DNA of 64,000 nucleotides from Octopus vulgaris (Eukaryota): NCBI GenBank assembly GCA_951406725.2, contig OX597817.1, positions 141,422,001 to 141,486,000 of the forward strand, read 5' to 3'. Shown piece by piece: positions 28,704 to 40,069 of this stretch (position 1 is its first letter; each line of letters starts with the position of its first letter). The notes under the pieces were generated by a model. It saw only the letters and a program-made list of their open reading frames with translations, ran no database searches and was not told where the DNA came from. The position numbers and the translations under genes were made by a program.

Positions 28704-28734
28704 ATAGCACGCACAACCATACTCAGACAGGAAA
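28704..28734 (+). CDS. Coding exon 2 (pro-region, (N)STHNHTQTG(N)) of the same precursor
   Basis: Acceptor atatctctttcag at 28703 and donor AA|GTATGT. It enters in phase 1 and leaves in phase 2, exactly bridging exons 1 and 3. An alternative donor TAT|GTAAGT at 28738 is also in frame with acceptor ccag|GTG at 32785. Confidence 0.7.
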
Positions 28735-29570
28735 GTATGTAAGTTTCGGTACTCTGATTAAAAGGTAAGAACTACACATCTACATTTCTTATGTGTGTAT
28801 ATATTGACAAGGTGTATTGGCAACGCGATAAGCTGGCAGAATCATTAACACTCTGGATAAAATACTTAGAGGCATTTCATCCGGCTTTATATTTTGAGTG
28901 GGAATTTTTGGGGTGTTGACTGCGCTTTCATCCTTTCTGGGTCGAAACAGTAGTTCAGATCTAGGGTCAACGTAACACAGTAGTAGCCTCCAGCAACGTT
29001 TCAGGCCTTGTGCCTAGAGTAGAAATGCTTTTAGCATTTGGCAAATCCATGTTCTGAGGCAGCTTCCAAATCATAGTTTGTACATAAAAGAAAATCTGGA
29101 AGAGGAACATATGGAGAGAGATATATCGGGAAGAAGACTATTTTTATGAATAAAAATCAAATAATGTTTCTTTGTAGTAAGCCTACAAAATTTATTAAAA
29201 AATGTATTGAGATATGGGCGCAGAAATGTTTGTGTGTTTCAGAACTTCACTTCGTAACCACCAAATTTGAGGGTTTAAATTCCCGAGCAAGTTCTTCTAC
29301 TATGGCACTGGGCCGAACAATACCATCTCAACAAAAATGATAGACGAAATTCCTTTCATATGTTCACTCTTTCCCTTGCAGAATGTATTTATAATGTGTG
29401 AGTTTGCTTCTAGATTTCATTTCTGACTACCTAACCTTATGCAGATTTTCTCTTTGGCATCTACTCACAAAATTAAGTGCACCATTTAATATTAGTATAA
29501 ACGGGAATTTATAATCTGTTTGTAGAAGCTGAGGTTTAGCAGCAGTTGTTTGGTGTTAAACTCTTCTTTG

Positions 29571-30574
29571 GTTTTCAAAGAAATATTCACATCAACAGGA
29601 CTGAAGACCTTCATGACGGTATATTATTTTACTCGCCTTTACCAAAGAACAATATCTGACCGATTATGTTTACATTAACAGACGTTTTGATGGAATACTC
29701 CAAAAGTATTCCTCATATTAATGTCCAAGTAGTATTCAATAACGGGTGATTTCTCCATATATATTCCAGGAACATCCTTTTTTCTTTCTGAATGACATTT
29801 TATCTTAATATTTTTGGAGACAGATTCGTGTTGCATAGGGCGCTTGTACCTTGACATCTTTGGGCAACTGTTAAATCCCATGCGCGATGTCTTCAAAACA
29901 GATATGACATTATGATGAATAGAGTTCCCCACCATCAAGCCATATTGTGGCCATCGTCCTACGGTTCTTCTTTTCTCATTTCAAACAGTACAGGTTTCTT
30001 TATGAAAAGTTGGTCCACCCATCCTCACACCCGATTCTTTCCACCTGCCTCTTCATCAATCACTATGTCGTTGAAATCAAAACGGTACTGGGGGAATGGT
30101 TTGCGGCAGCGTGATTTCAGTTTGTACATTAATGTTTAGGCAAGTAATAGCCCTATGGTTTTCTGCCAACACGGGGTTTCGCTGTGGGCAACAATATTCT
30201 TCGTATATCAATCTGACATTCCAGAGTGCTTTTGAATATGTATATTAGTGATTTCCGCAGAATGTCAGCCTCTTTTAACAATATCCAACTATGAGGTGTC
30301 TTCTCGTTATGCAATTTGCCAAAACCTGTGGTGAATGTTTCCTGGTCAATTGCATATGATCTGCTGCTGAAGTTGGTGCAGTATTCTCTCCTTAGAATAG
30401 TTAACCACAAGACATTACGTCTGAAATCTCACTTTTCGGCACAGAATTACAATTAGCATTATTCAAGATATTCTGGAATCATTTTAGTGTGTATATATTT
30501 CATTATTCAGTTTTATTTCAAGATTTCTCCCCAAATGTATGCATGTGCGTCTGCGTCTATGTATGCATGCATGC

Positions 30575-30607
<33 letters not shown>

Positions 30608-30668
30608 TGTATGTATGTATGTATGTATGTATGTATGTATGTATGTATGTATGTATGTATGTATGCAT
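29571..30668. repeat. Left arm of a ~1.1-kb inverted duplication (right arm about 36990-38087)
   Basis: Reverse-complement near-identity, also visible as paired ORFs 29912/37518, 30153/37246 and 29675/37719 in the track. Confidence 0.95.
29880..30480 (-). mobile_element. Decayed non-LTR RT fragment (R4/Dong-like), copy 1
   Basis: Across frameshifts: ENHRAITCLNI.YKL, G..DQLFI, TMATIWLD. These are RT domain motifs of restriction-like-endonuclease LINEs. Confidence 0.6.
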
Positions 30669-30699
30669 GAGTTCTGTGTTTGTACGTAGGACGCTTTCC

Positions 30700-31260
30700 A
30701 GTCTCACTCTAAATTACTGTAAAAAATATTCTCCATTTCTAATTCATAACATTTGAATACAAAGAAATAGGAAAAAAAGAGAGATAAGAAAGGAAAAGAG
30801 AGAAGTGTCAATATCGGTAAAGCAGAATAAGATGGAGCGAGAGGGTTTGATGAGCCACCTACCCCGGGCCAAATGGTCACGGAGAATGGAATGGCAAGTA
30901 AAACTCGACTCAACAGTCACGCCACTTCTCCGGGCTCATTTATCCGATGGGCCATATTTATCCCTACCTTCGGGACAAAACCGGGGTCCAAGAATTCCTA
31001 AGGTCTCGACGGTGACCGTTACTGTATTTATCGAATTTACAGCTTCATCAAGTGTTTGTTATCGAATGTTGACAATAAGGGTTTTCCGTCATTCATTAAC
31101 GTGCCTTAAATTTGTCCCAGATAGTAGAACACTTTACTTTTCTTAGTTCATGTGACTGTAAAGTGCAATTTACTTTCATCCATTTTCTACTTCTGTCTTT
31201 ATGCATCCAACCTAGTGCAAGCATAGATGACATCTCTCTTCATTTCTCCTTTGCCAGAGT
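30700..31260 (-). mobile_element. Probable 3' end of a Tx1/L1-like LINE, recopied at 33137-33490 and 33727-34255
   Basis: Minus strand has LAKEK..W..R-type ORF2 C-terminal remnants followed by a pyrimidine-rich 3' UTR. Family assignment is tentative. Confidence 0.4.
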
Positions 31261-31510
31261 TTTTGTCCTCAGGACATCAGAACCTGAATCGGGTTATGAC
31301 TTTTCTCAGAATGTTTTTGTCTTAAGTACATCAGAACCTAAGAAAATACTCAAGTAATCCTACTTTTCCTTAAGGCAATCGTTCACATCGCTGTTTATTT
31401 TCTCTCTTCTTTTTTTTTTCTTTATGTTTCGATTTCGATTTCGATTCTTTACCATGTCAGGAAGAAAAGGTATTTCGTTTATGTTCACAATAAATGAAAA
31501 ATTATAACCT

Positions 31511-31743
31511 ATTTCTTTACTATCCACAAGGGGTTAAACACAGAGAGGACAAACAAGGACAAACAAACGGATTAAGTCGATTATATCGACTCCAGTACGT
31601 AACTGGTACTTATTTAATCGACCCCGAAAGGATGAAAAGCAAAGTCGACCTCGGCGGAATTTGAACTCAGAACGTAGCGGCAGACAAAATACTGCTAAGC
31701 ATTTCGCCTGGCGTGCTATGGTTTCTGCCAGCTCGCCGCCTTT
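31511..31743 (-). mobile_element. SINE family A, full length with target-site duplication
   Basis: Flanked by aaatgaaaaattataacct / aaatgataaactgtaacct. The duplicate segment at about 34490 has the empty site. Confidence 0.9.
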
Positions 31744-32777
31744 AAATGATAAACTGTAACCTTCCTTCTCTCAATTTCTAATTAAGAATTGATGAAAGTG
31801 TAATATATTATGATTTTGACTAGCAGACAAGCGTTTTGCGATCTCAGATATGAGCCGAATAACTCAGTCACAAATCCGTCCTTCATGGAGAACTTGTTTG
31901 AAATCCATTGTAAGCTGTGATACAAATACACGTTATGACCCAGTTTTTCTTATTTAACGGTCTGTAACTCAACATCCTGAAGGAATCTGTAATGTAACTC
32001 CTTGACACACAGATGTCGCCCTGACATTCAGTGAGGACATTGACGTAACTGAGAATATAAATTTGAAATTGTTTGAAATGACTTATTCTAATTACTTCTC
32101 ATTATCCTTCTACACAACTGTTCGAGATACAAGAATTAATAATTTATATAAGATATGATTAATGAGATGAGCTTCAATATTACTAATTCATGTAGCACGA
32201 AACACCTGCGTGGAAGAATAATAAGGAGTTAAAGTAAGTCATTTCAAACAATTTCAAATTTATATCCTACTCTAGCGAAGGTTGGGGAGATATGCAGCAA
32301 TATACATCTCAAAGATCCTGGGAGGGATTGTGCCAAATTTCGAAATTGAAAGCTACACAAATGCCAGAACGGGTTTACACTACAGAGTATCAAAGATCCC
32401 AGCAATGCCGTCACGCTTCAAGCCCACAGATTATACTTGCTCCACGCTAAGTATTAGCAACATTTGTTTATTTAATTCCCCTTTCACTCTTCACATCTGT
32501 CTGTAGAATTCTGGGTATATATACTTAGTTGTTAACAAATTAAAAAAAATACGCTTCCTAATCGCTAATAGAAGAAAACAATATGACAAGTGCTATTTGT
32601 TCTAGTCTGCATATTGTGATTTCAATTCCAGCCAGATTCTTCGGTTTCTATCGACGTCGATAACAAAAGTACCCATATCATCTAATCGCTTTCCCAGAAA
32701 ATTCCTTACAATCTCCCTTAATTAGAAACCATTACTTAATAATAATTTTTGTTTCCTATTATATTCTGTATTTACAG

Positions 32778-32901
32778 TAGCCAGGTGAAGAGAGCTGCTT
32801 GTACAATGGAGGCGTGTGGCGAGGGCATCGTGCTTCCATGCTGCAATGGTTATAACTGTAAATGTGATAAAAAACCAACTGATTGCAGGTGTAAACAATA
32901 A
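32778..32901 (+). CDS. Coding exon 3: SQVKR + mature peptide AACTMEACGEGIVLPCCNGYNCKCDKKPTDCRCKQ* (8 Cys, agatoxin-like inhibitor-cystine-knot framework)
   Basis: Acceptor tgtatttacag at 32777, dibasic KR convertase site, Cys pattern C-X4-C-X7-CC-X4-CXC-X6-CXC, stop TAA 32899-32901, polyA signals about 125 nt downstream. Confidence 0.9.
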
Positions 32902-33023
32902 GAAAATATGTAAACCATAACCTACAACTATGAATTTTCTAGCAACCCCAAGCTAGTTGGTTTATCGTATCTAATATCTAATATATTTATAGTATTAATC
33001 CGTCAAATTTTAATGAAATTCCA

Positions 33024-33033
33024 ATTAAATAAA
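33024..33033 (+). terminator. Polyadenylation signal(s) of the peptide gene
   Basis: Overlapping ATTAAA (33024-33029) and AATAAA (33028-33033) downstream of the stop codon, followed by T-rich sequence. Confidence 0.55.
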
Positions 33034-33726
33034 CTTATTAAATCATGACAAATTCTTAGTGCTTTATTCTTTGAAGTGCAATTTGTTTTTAAGTTATCGA
33101 ACGGTAACAAATTTGCAGTGCTTTTTCTTCTTTGCAGTCTCACACGAAATTACTGTAAAAAATATTCTCCATTTCTAATTCATAACATCTAAATAGAAAG
33201 AAATAGGAAAAAAGAGAGATAAGAAAGGAAAAAAGAGAAATGTAAAAATCGGTAAAGCAGTATAAGATGGAGCGAGAGGGTTTGAAGGACCACAAACCCC
33301 AGACAAATGGTGGTCTCGGCCTCTCCATGCGCTGATGACTGTGAAACGGAGAATGGCCAGCGACACTCGATGCAACAGCCACACCACTTCTCGGGGCTCA
33401 TTTATCCGATGGGCCATATTTATCCCTACTTTCGGGACGAAATCGGGGTCCTAGAATTCCTGAGGTCTCGACAGTGACCGGCACTATATTTAACTGTTTC
33501 TTCTTTTTTAACTGTTTCCCCTATTTGGGACCAATTTAGGTAACTTTAATGAAGGACGGGAAAACCTTCTTGTAAACATTTACAATTTTTCATTTATTGT
33601 GAACATAAACGAAATACCTTTTCTTCCTGACATGGTAAAGAATCTAAATCGAAGTTTAAAGAAAAAAAAAAGAACAGAGAAAATAAACAGCGATGTGAAC
33701 GATTGCCCTAAGGAAAAGTAGGATTA

Positions 33727-35015
33727 TCTAAATAGAAAGAAACAGGAAAGAAAGAGAGATAAGAAAAGAAAAGAGAGAAGTGTCAATATCGGTAAAGCAG
33801 AATAAGATGGAGCGAGAGGGTTTGATAGGCCACTCACTCCGGAACAAATGGTGGGCTCAGCCGCGCCATGCACCGATGACTGTGTCACGGAGAATGGTCG
33901 GTGAAACTCGACTCAACAGCCACGTCACTTCTCCGGGTTCATTTATCCGATGAGCCATATTTATCCCTATCTTGGGGAGGAAGTCGGGGTCCAAGAATTC
34001 CTGAGGTCTCGACGGTGAAAGGGTACTGTATTTATCGAATTTACAGCTTCATCAAGTGTTTGATATCGAAACAAGGTTTTTCCGTCATTCATTAACGTGC
34101 CTTAAATTTGCCTCAGATAGTAGAACACTTTACTGTTCTCAGTTTATCAGACTGTAAAGTGCAATCTACTTTCATCCGTTTTCTACATCTGTCTTTATGC
34201 ATCTAACCTAGTGCAAGCATATATGATATTTCTCTTCATTTCTCCTTTGCCAGAGTTTTTGTCCTCAGGACATCAGAACCTGAATCGGGTTATGACTTTT
34301 CTCAGAATGTTTTTGCCTTAAGTACATCAGAACCAAAGAAAATACTCAAGTAATCCTACTTTTCCTTAGGGCAATCGTTCACATGGCTGTTTATTTTCTC
34401 TGTTCTTTTTTTTTCTTTATGTTTCGATTTAGATTTAGATTCTTTACCATATCAGGAAGAAAAGGTATTTCGTTTATGTTCACAATAAATGAAAAACTGT
34501 AACCTTCTTTCTGTCAATTTCTACTTAAGAATTGATGAAAGTGTAATATATTATGATTTTGACCAGCAGACAAGCGTTTTGCGATCTCAGATATGAGCCG
34601 AATAACTCAGGTACAAATCCGCCCTTCATGGAGAACTTGTTTGAAATCCATTGTAAGCTGTGATACAAATACACGTTATGACCCAATTTTTCTTATTTAA
34701 CGGTCTGTAACCTAACATCCTGAAGGAATCTGTAATGTAACTCCTTGACACACAGATGTCGCTTTGACATTCAGTGAGGACATTGACGTAACTGAGAATA
34801 TAAATTTGAAATTGTTTGAAATGACTTATTCTAATTACTTCTCATTATCCTTCTACACAACTGTTCGAAATACAAGAATTAGTAATTTATATAAGATATG
34901 ATTAATGAGATGAGCTTCAATATTACTAATTCATGTAGCACGAAACACCTGTGTGGAAGAATATTAAGGAGTAGTAGTTAGAGTAAGTCATTTCAAACAA
35001 TTTCAAATTTATATT
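33727..35015 (+). repeat. Direct duplicate of 30751-32270 (lacking the SINE)
   Basis: Long runs of near-identity, e.g. 31240-31500 versus 34230-34495 and 31760-32210 versus 34500-34950. Confidence 0.95.
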
Positions 35016-35819
35016 CTCAGTTAAGTCAATGTCCTCATTGAATGTCAGAGCAACATCTGTGCATCGACAAGTTACATTACACTTTTCCTCAGGACGTTAG
35101 GTTAGAGATTATTAAATAAAGAAACTCGGGTTATAACACATCTTTGTATCACAGATTACTATGGATTTTAAACAAGTTCTGCATAACGGGCAGGATTTGT
35201 GATTGAGTTCTTCGCTGATATCTGAGATCGCAAAACGCTGCGGCAGAAGGAAGTCTACAAGTTTTCATTTATAAGGAACATAAACGAAATACCTTTTCAT
35301 CGTGACATGGTAGAATATCGAAATCTAAATTGAAATAAAGTGCTCGGCCTGTGTATGCAACCCGCCACCTGGAATCGGAATGATAACTTTAAGATCGTTA
35401 ACCGAATACATTAGCACTAACTACAAACCCAGGGCTGCTTAGTGTTAACTATTCATATCTAACCCGAAGCACACAAGGAAAACTGCAAGAAACACAGAAA
35501 GATCGTGGACATACTCGTTCATCTCTATAACTATTGACCAATGATAATTTCGGAAAGTTAGCTATAATATAATTTAATTTGATAGCGTCAACAATAAGAT
35601 ATTGTAGGAGTACAAAATAGCAAACATGACGGACAGAATGTGACAAATAAAAAACAAGACGTGGGTTTCAATACTGAAGGACAAAAAGAAATATTTATGG
35701 TGGTGGGGTGACGCGTAAGGAATCGATGCTAGATGTGTCGAAACATCTTCCGTCCTTCATTTACTATAACGAACACTGTGAAACTGACCGTGCTTTACCA
35801 GTAAGTTACCAGGTGTAAA

Positions 35820-35865
<46 letters not shown>

Positions 35866-35866
35866 G

Positions 35867-36090
35867 TTTCTTTACTACCCACAAGGGGCCAAACACAGAG
35901 GGGACAAACAAGGACAGACACACGGATTAAGTCGATTACATCGACCCCAGTGCGTAACTGGTACTTAATTTATCGACCCCGAAAGGATGAAAGGCAAAGT
36001 CGACCTCGGCGGAATTTGAACTCAGAACGTAGCGACGGGCGAAATACCGCGAAGTACTTCGCCCGGCGTGCTAACGTCTCTGCCAGCTCG
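35867..36090 (-). mobile_element. SINE family A
   Basis: Near-identical to 31511-31743. Confidence 0.9.
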
Positions 36091-36666
36091 CATATATATG
36101 CGTGTGCGTGTGCGTGTGTGTGTGTGTGTGTATGCGTGTGTGGGTGTATGCGTGTGTGTATGTTCACATATACACACATATATATGCAACAGGCTTCTTT
36201 TCGTTTCCATTTATAAATCTACTCACAAGTGCTGTGTGTGTATGTGTTAGTGTGTGTGTATTTGGTGTGTGTCAGAATGTTGAAAATACAGAAAAAAATA
36301 TGCAACAACATATTTATGATAAAACTTTATTATCAATAAATAGTAATTATTTCATAAATTGATTTTATGTTTTTCAAAATTTAATGCGTTTGCAATTAAT
36401 GGTAAACGATTTTGTTGATGTTGTTATATACTAATAAATTCATAGGTAGATGTTTATCGATGAAATGAACAAATTTAATGTAAGTCAACATCGATTGCGA
36501 AGCGTAGTGGCGACAAACACAAAACATGTACAAACATACATACATACATACATACATACATACATACATACATACATACATACGCGCACATACATACATA
36601 CATACATACATACATACATACATACATACATACATACATACATACATACATACATACATACATACA

Positions 36667-36701
<35 letters not shown>

Positions 36702-36702
<1 letters not shown>

Positions 36703-36933
36703 TTTCTTTACTACCCACAAGGGGCTAAACACAGAGGGGACAAGCAAGGACAGACAAACGGATTAAGTCGATTATATCGTCACCAGTGCGTAACTGGTAC
36801 TTAATTTATCGACTCCGAAAGGATGAAAGACAAAGTCGACCTCGGCGGAATTTGAACTCGGAACGTAACTACAGACGAAATACGGTTACGCATTTCGCCC
36901 GGCGTGCTAGCGTTTCTGCCAGCTCGCCGCCTT
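36702..36933 (-). mobile_element. SINE family A inserted in an (ACAT)n tract
   Basis: Near-identical to the other family A copies. Confidence 0.9.
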
Positions 36934-37169
36934 TCATACATACATATATATATACACACATACATACATAATTATATACAAACATTCATACATACATGCA
37001 TACATACATACATACATACATACATACATACATACATACATACATACATACATACATACATACATACATACATACATACAGAGTCGCAGACACACATGCA
37101 TACATACATACATACATATATTTGGGGAGAAATCATGAAAGAAAACTGAATGATGAAATATATACACAC

Positions 37170-37790
37170 TAGAATGATTCCAGAATATCTTGAATAATGC
37201 TAATTGTAATTCTGGACCGAAAAGTGAGATTTCAGACGTAATGTCTTGTGGTTAATTATTTTAAGGAGAGAATACTGCACCAACTTCAGCAGCAGATCAT
37301 ATGCAATTGACCAGGAAACATTCACCACAGGTTTTGGCAAATTGCATAACGAGAAGACACCTCATAGTTGGATATTGTTAAAAGAGGCTGACATTCTGCG
37401 GAAATCACTAATATACATATTCAAAAGCTCTCTGGAATATCAGATTGATATACGAAGAAACTTGTTGCCCACAGTGAAACCCCAGTAATGGCAGAAAACC
37501 ATAGGCCCATTACTTGCCTAAACATTAATGTACAAACTGAAATCACGCTGCCGCAAACCATTCCCCCAGTACCATTTTGATTTCAACGACATAGTGATTG
37601 ATGAAGAGGCAGGTGGAAAGAATCGGGTGTGAGGATGGGTGGACCAACTTTTCATAAAGAAACCTGTACTGTTTGAAATGAGAAAAGAAGAACCGTAGGA
37701 CGATGGCCACAGTATGGCTTGATGGTGGGGAACTCTATTCATCATAATGTCATATCTGTTTTGAAGACATCGCGCATGGGATTTAACAGC
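37170..37790 (+). mobile_element. Decayed non-LTR RT fragment (R4/Dong-like), copy 2 (inverted duplicate)
   Basis: ENHRPITCLNI, GWVDQLFIKK, TMATVWLD. Near-identical reverse complement of copy 1. Confidence 0.6.
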
Positions 37791-38542
37791 TGCCCAAAGA
37801 CGTCAAGGTACCACCGCCCTATGCAACACGACTCTGTCTCCAAAAATATTAAAATAAAATGTCATTCAGAAAGAAAAAAGGATGTTCCTGGAATATATAT
37901 GGAGAAATCCACCATTACTGAATACCTACATAGACATTAATACGAGGAATACTTTTGGAGTATTCCATCAAAACGTATGTTGATGTAAACACAATCGGTC
38001 AGATATTGTTCTTTGGTAAAGGCGAGTAAAATAATATACCGTCATGAAGGTCTTCAGTCCTGTTGATGTGAATATTTCTTTGAAAACTGAATAACAGTAA
38101 TTTTCCAGCTATATCACATCGTGAGAGTAATATATAATCAAACAGTTAAAATAAGTGTTTTTAAGTCACCTGCCTTATACAGCTTACATTTGAGAATTTG
38201 AAGTTGCAAAGACTGTCACAATTTTATTTGACAAGAAAACAAAATGGCAGTAATTTGTAATGATTTCAGCAAAAAATTGGTTTTACACGTCTGACAAGAT
38301 CAACCAGGACAGTAACAACAGGTTTAGCGCACAAACCTGTCTGGAATTAATCTCATAGAGAGACACAAATACAATACCATCGCTCAGCAGATGAATTGCA
38401 GTGCGAGAGGAATGGTTTTTAACAACGTGAGAAAATAAAGCATGCTAATGTGTGATCTGATACTCAGTAAGAGAGGTCAGTCCAGTGACCATTTGTTAAA
38501 GACCTTCATTGAAGGAAAACAAGGAAATTCTGCAATGCATAC

Positions 38543-38628
38543 CTATGAAATAAGGATCAGAATGACTAAATCACAGCAACGGATTGTTTTGGCCCAAACA
38601 TCAGCAGCAACACGAATTTAAAATCATT
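38543..38628 (-). pseudogene. Decayed paralogous signal-peptide exon, inverted relative to the intact gene
   Basis: Minus strand reads tttcag|A ATG ATT TTA AAT TC- GTG TTG CTG CTG ATG TTT GGG CCA AAA CAA TCC GTT GCT = MILN(S)VLLLMFGPKQSVA versus MKGISVLLLCVIISQSVS. It needs a 1-nt frameshift, has an in-frame TAG later and ends at AG|GTATGC. The adjoining 38365-38540 resembles intron 28450-28640 in reverse complement. Confidence 0.5.
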
Positions 38629-38918
38629 CTGAAACCGGGGCACGGCGGCACGGCGGCACGGCGGCACAGTAGCAGCAGTACAGCTATCTCAGCCCCAAAG
38701 CGTTACAATAATTAGGAGCTCTGCAGCCACACAAGAGACTAGTGCAAGTGACAGCAGCCAGGTTTTGCATTTGCTGCTGTATAAGAAACGGCAGGCAACT
38801 CCTCCTCTTCCCCTCCCTCCTCAAGACCTGCTACAAGACCAGCAGCATCAGCGCTACCAGTGACCAGCTACACGACAACAAACAACAGTACAAATACATA
38901 CATACATACATACATACA

Positions 38919-38950
<32 letters not shown>

Positions 38951-39447
38951 CGACAGGGTTTTCACAGATCTCGTCTACCAAATTCACATTTCCACTTTGG
39001 TCGGCTCGAGGCTATACTAGAAGAAACTTACCCAAGGTGCTACGCAGTGAGATTGAACCCGGAATAGGTGTGTGTGTGTATGTGTGTGGGTGTTTGTGGG
39101 TGAGTGTTTGTATGGTGTACGACGGGTTCCACATACTTTTAATTTACCGAATTCGCTGACATGGAATTGTTCCGACTGATGCTATTTTAGAAGACACTTA
39201 CCCAAGGTGTGACGTAGTTGGACTGATTGAAGTGTAAGGTCCTGTGTATGTGTACACCAGCAATATCATATTAAAACCTACCTTAGGCGCAGGCATGGCT
39301 GTGTAAAAAGAAATTAACTTCACTACCATGTGGCTCCGTGTTCAGTCCCACTGCGTTGAACCTTGGGCAGGTGTCTTCTACAAAAGTCTCGGGCCCACCA
39401 AACTTCTTGTGAGTGGATTTGATAGTCGGAAAATGAAAGAAACCTGT

Positions 39448-39522
<75 letters not shown>

Positions 39523-39534
39523 ATTATTATGGCT

Positions 39535-39754
39535 CCCCCCTCGTTTTCGAGCATGGCCATTGCACGAAGCTTAACTGTTACTGGTGCTGTGATCGAATGT
39601 GACTTTTTAGCCCAGCTAAAGATCTACAATGTCTTGTACAAAATTGGCAACTAAAACCTTTACTGGTAATAGCCGGCTGTAGTTGTAACATGTACATTTG
39701 CATGTCGTTTAAGTCCTCCTGCCGAATTACACTCTCTTCCACATGCCCGACATG

Positions 39755-39757
<3 letters not shown>
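39535..39757 (-). mobile_element. RTE-type LINE 3' end with two C2H2 zinc-finger remnants
   Basis: YTCRACGRECNSAGGLKRHANVH and FSCQFCTRHCRSLAGLKSHIRSQH, then a short 3' UTR ending in a (TAA)n tail. Confidence 0.65.
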
Positions 39758-39826
<69 letters not shown>

Positions 39827-39993
39827 CAAAATTTAGTGGAATGACCACTAAAAGTGGGCAGCCTGTATGCTAGATATAGACGTCAAAATCGCCATTTTCC
39901 ACTGAGAATGTGTTCTCAAGAAAAATTTCAGCAAAAAATCAAAGCGTAAAAATAAGTAAGACAAATGAAAATATACGGAATAAAAACGATTAC

Positions 39994-40069
39994 CTATGTA
40001 CTAATTAGTTTCACTTGTTAATAATTTACGTATATGAATACATAAACATCTGCAAGATCATCAGCATAG
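39994..40069 (-). ncRNA. Type I hammerhead ribozyme with a long loop 2
   Basis: Minus strand: cuaug CUGAUGA u cuug...caag u GAAAC uaauua GUA cauag. Perfect 5-bp stem I and palindromic stem III (acuaauuagu). Confidence 0.75.

Noticed and set aside
38638-38668. GC-rich (GGCACGGC)n tandem repeat; also considered CRISPR-like arrays in the window
   Set aside because: Short simple tandem repeat without spacers. The DNA is eukaryotic and has no repeat-spacer array or cas genes.
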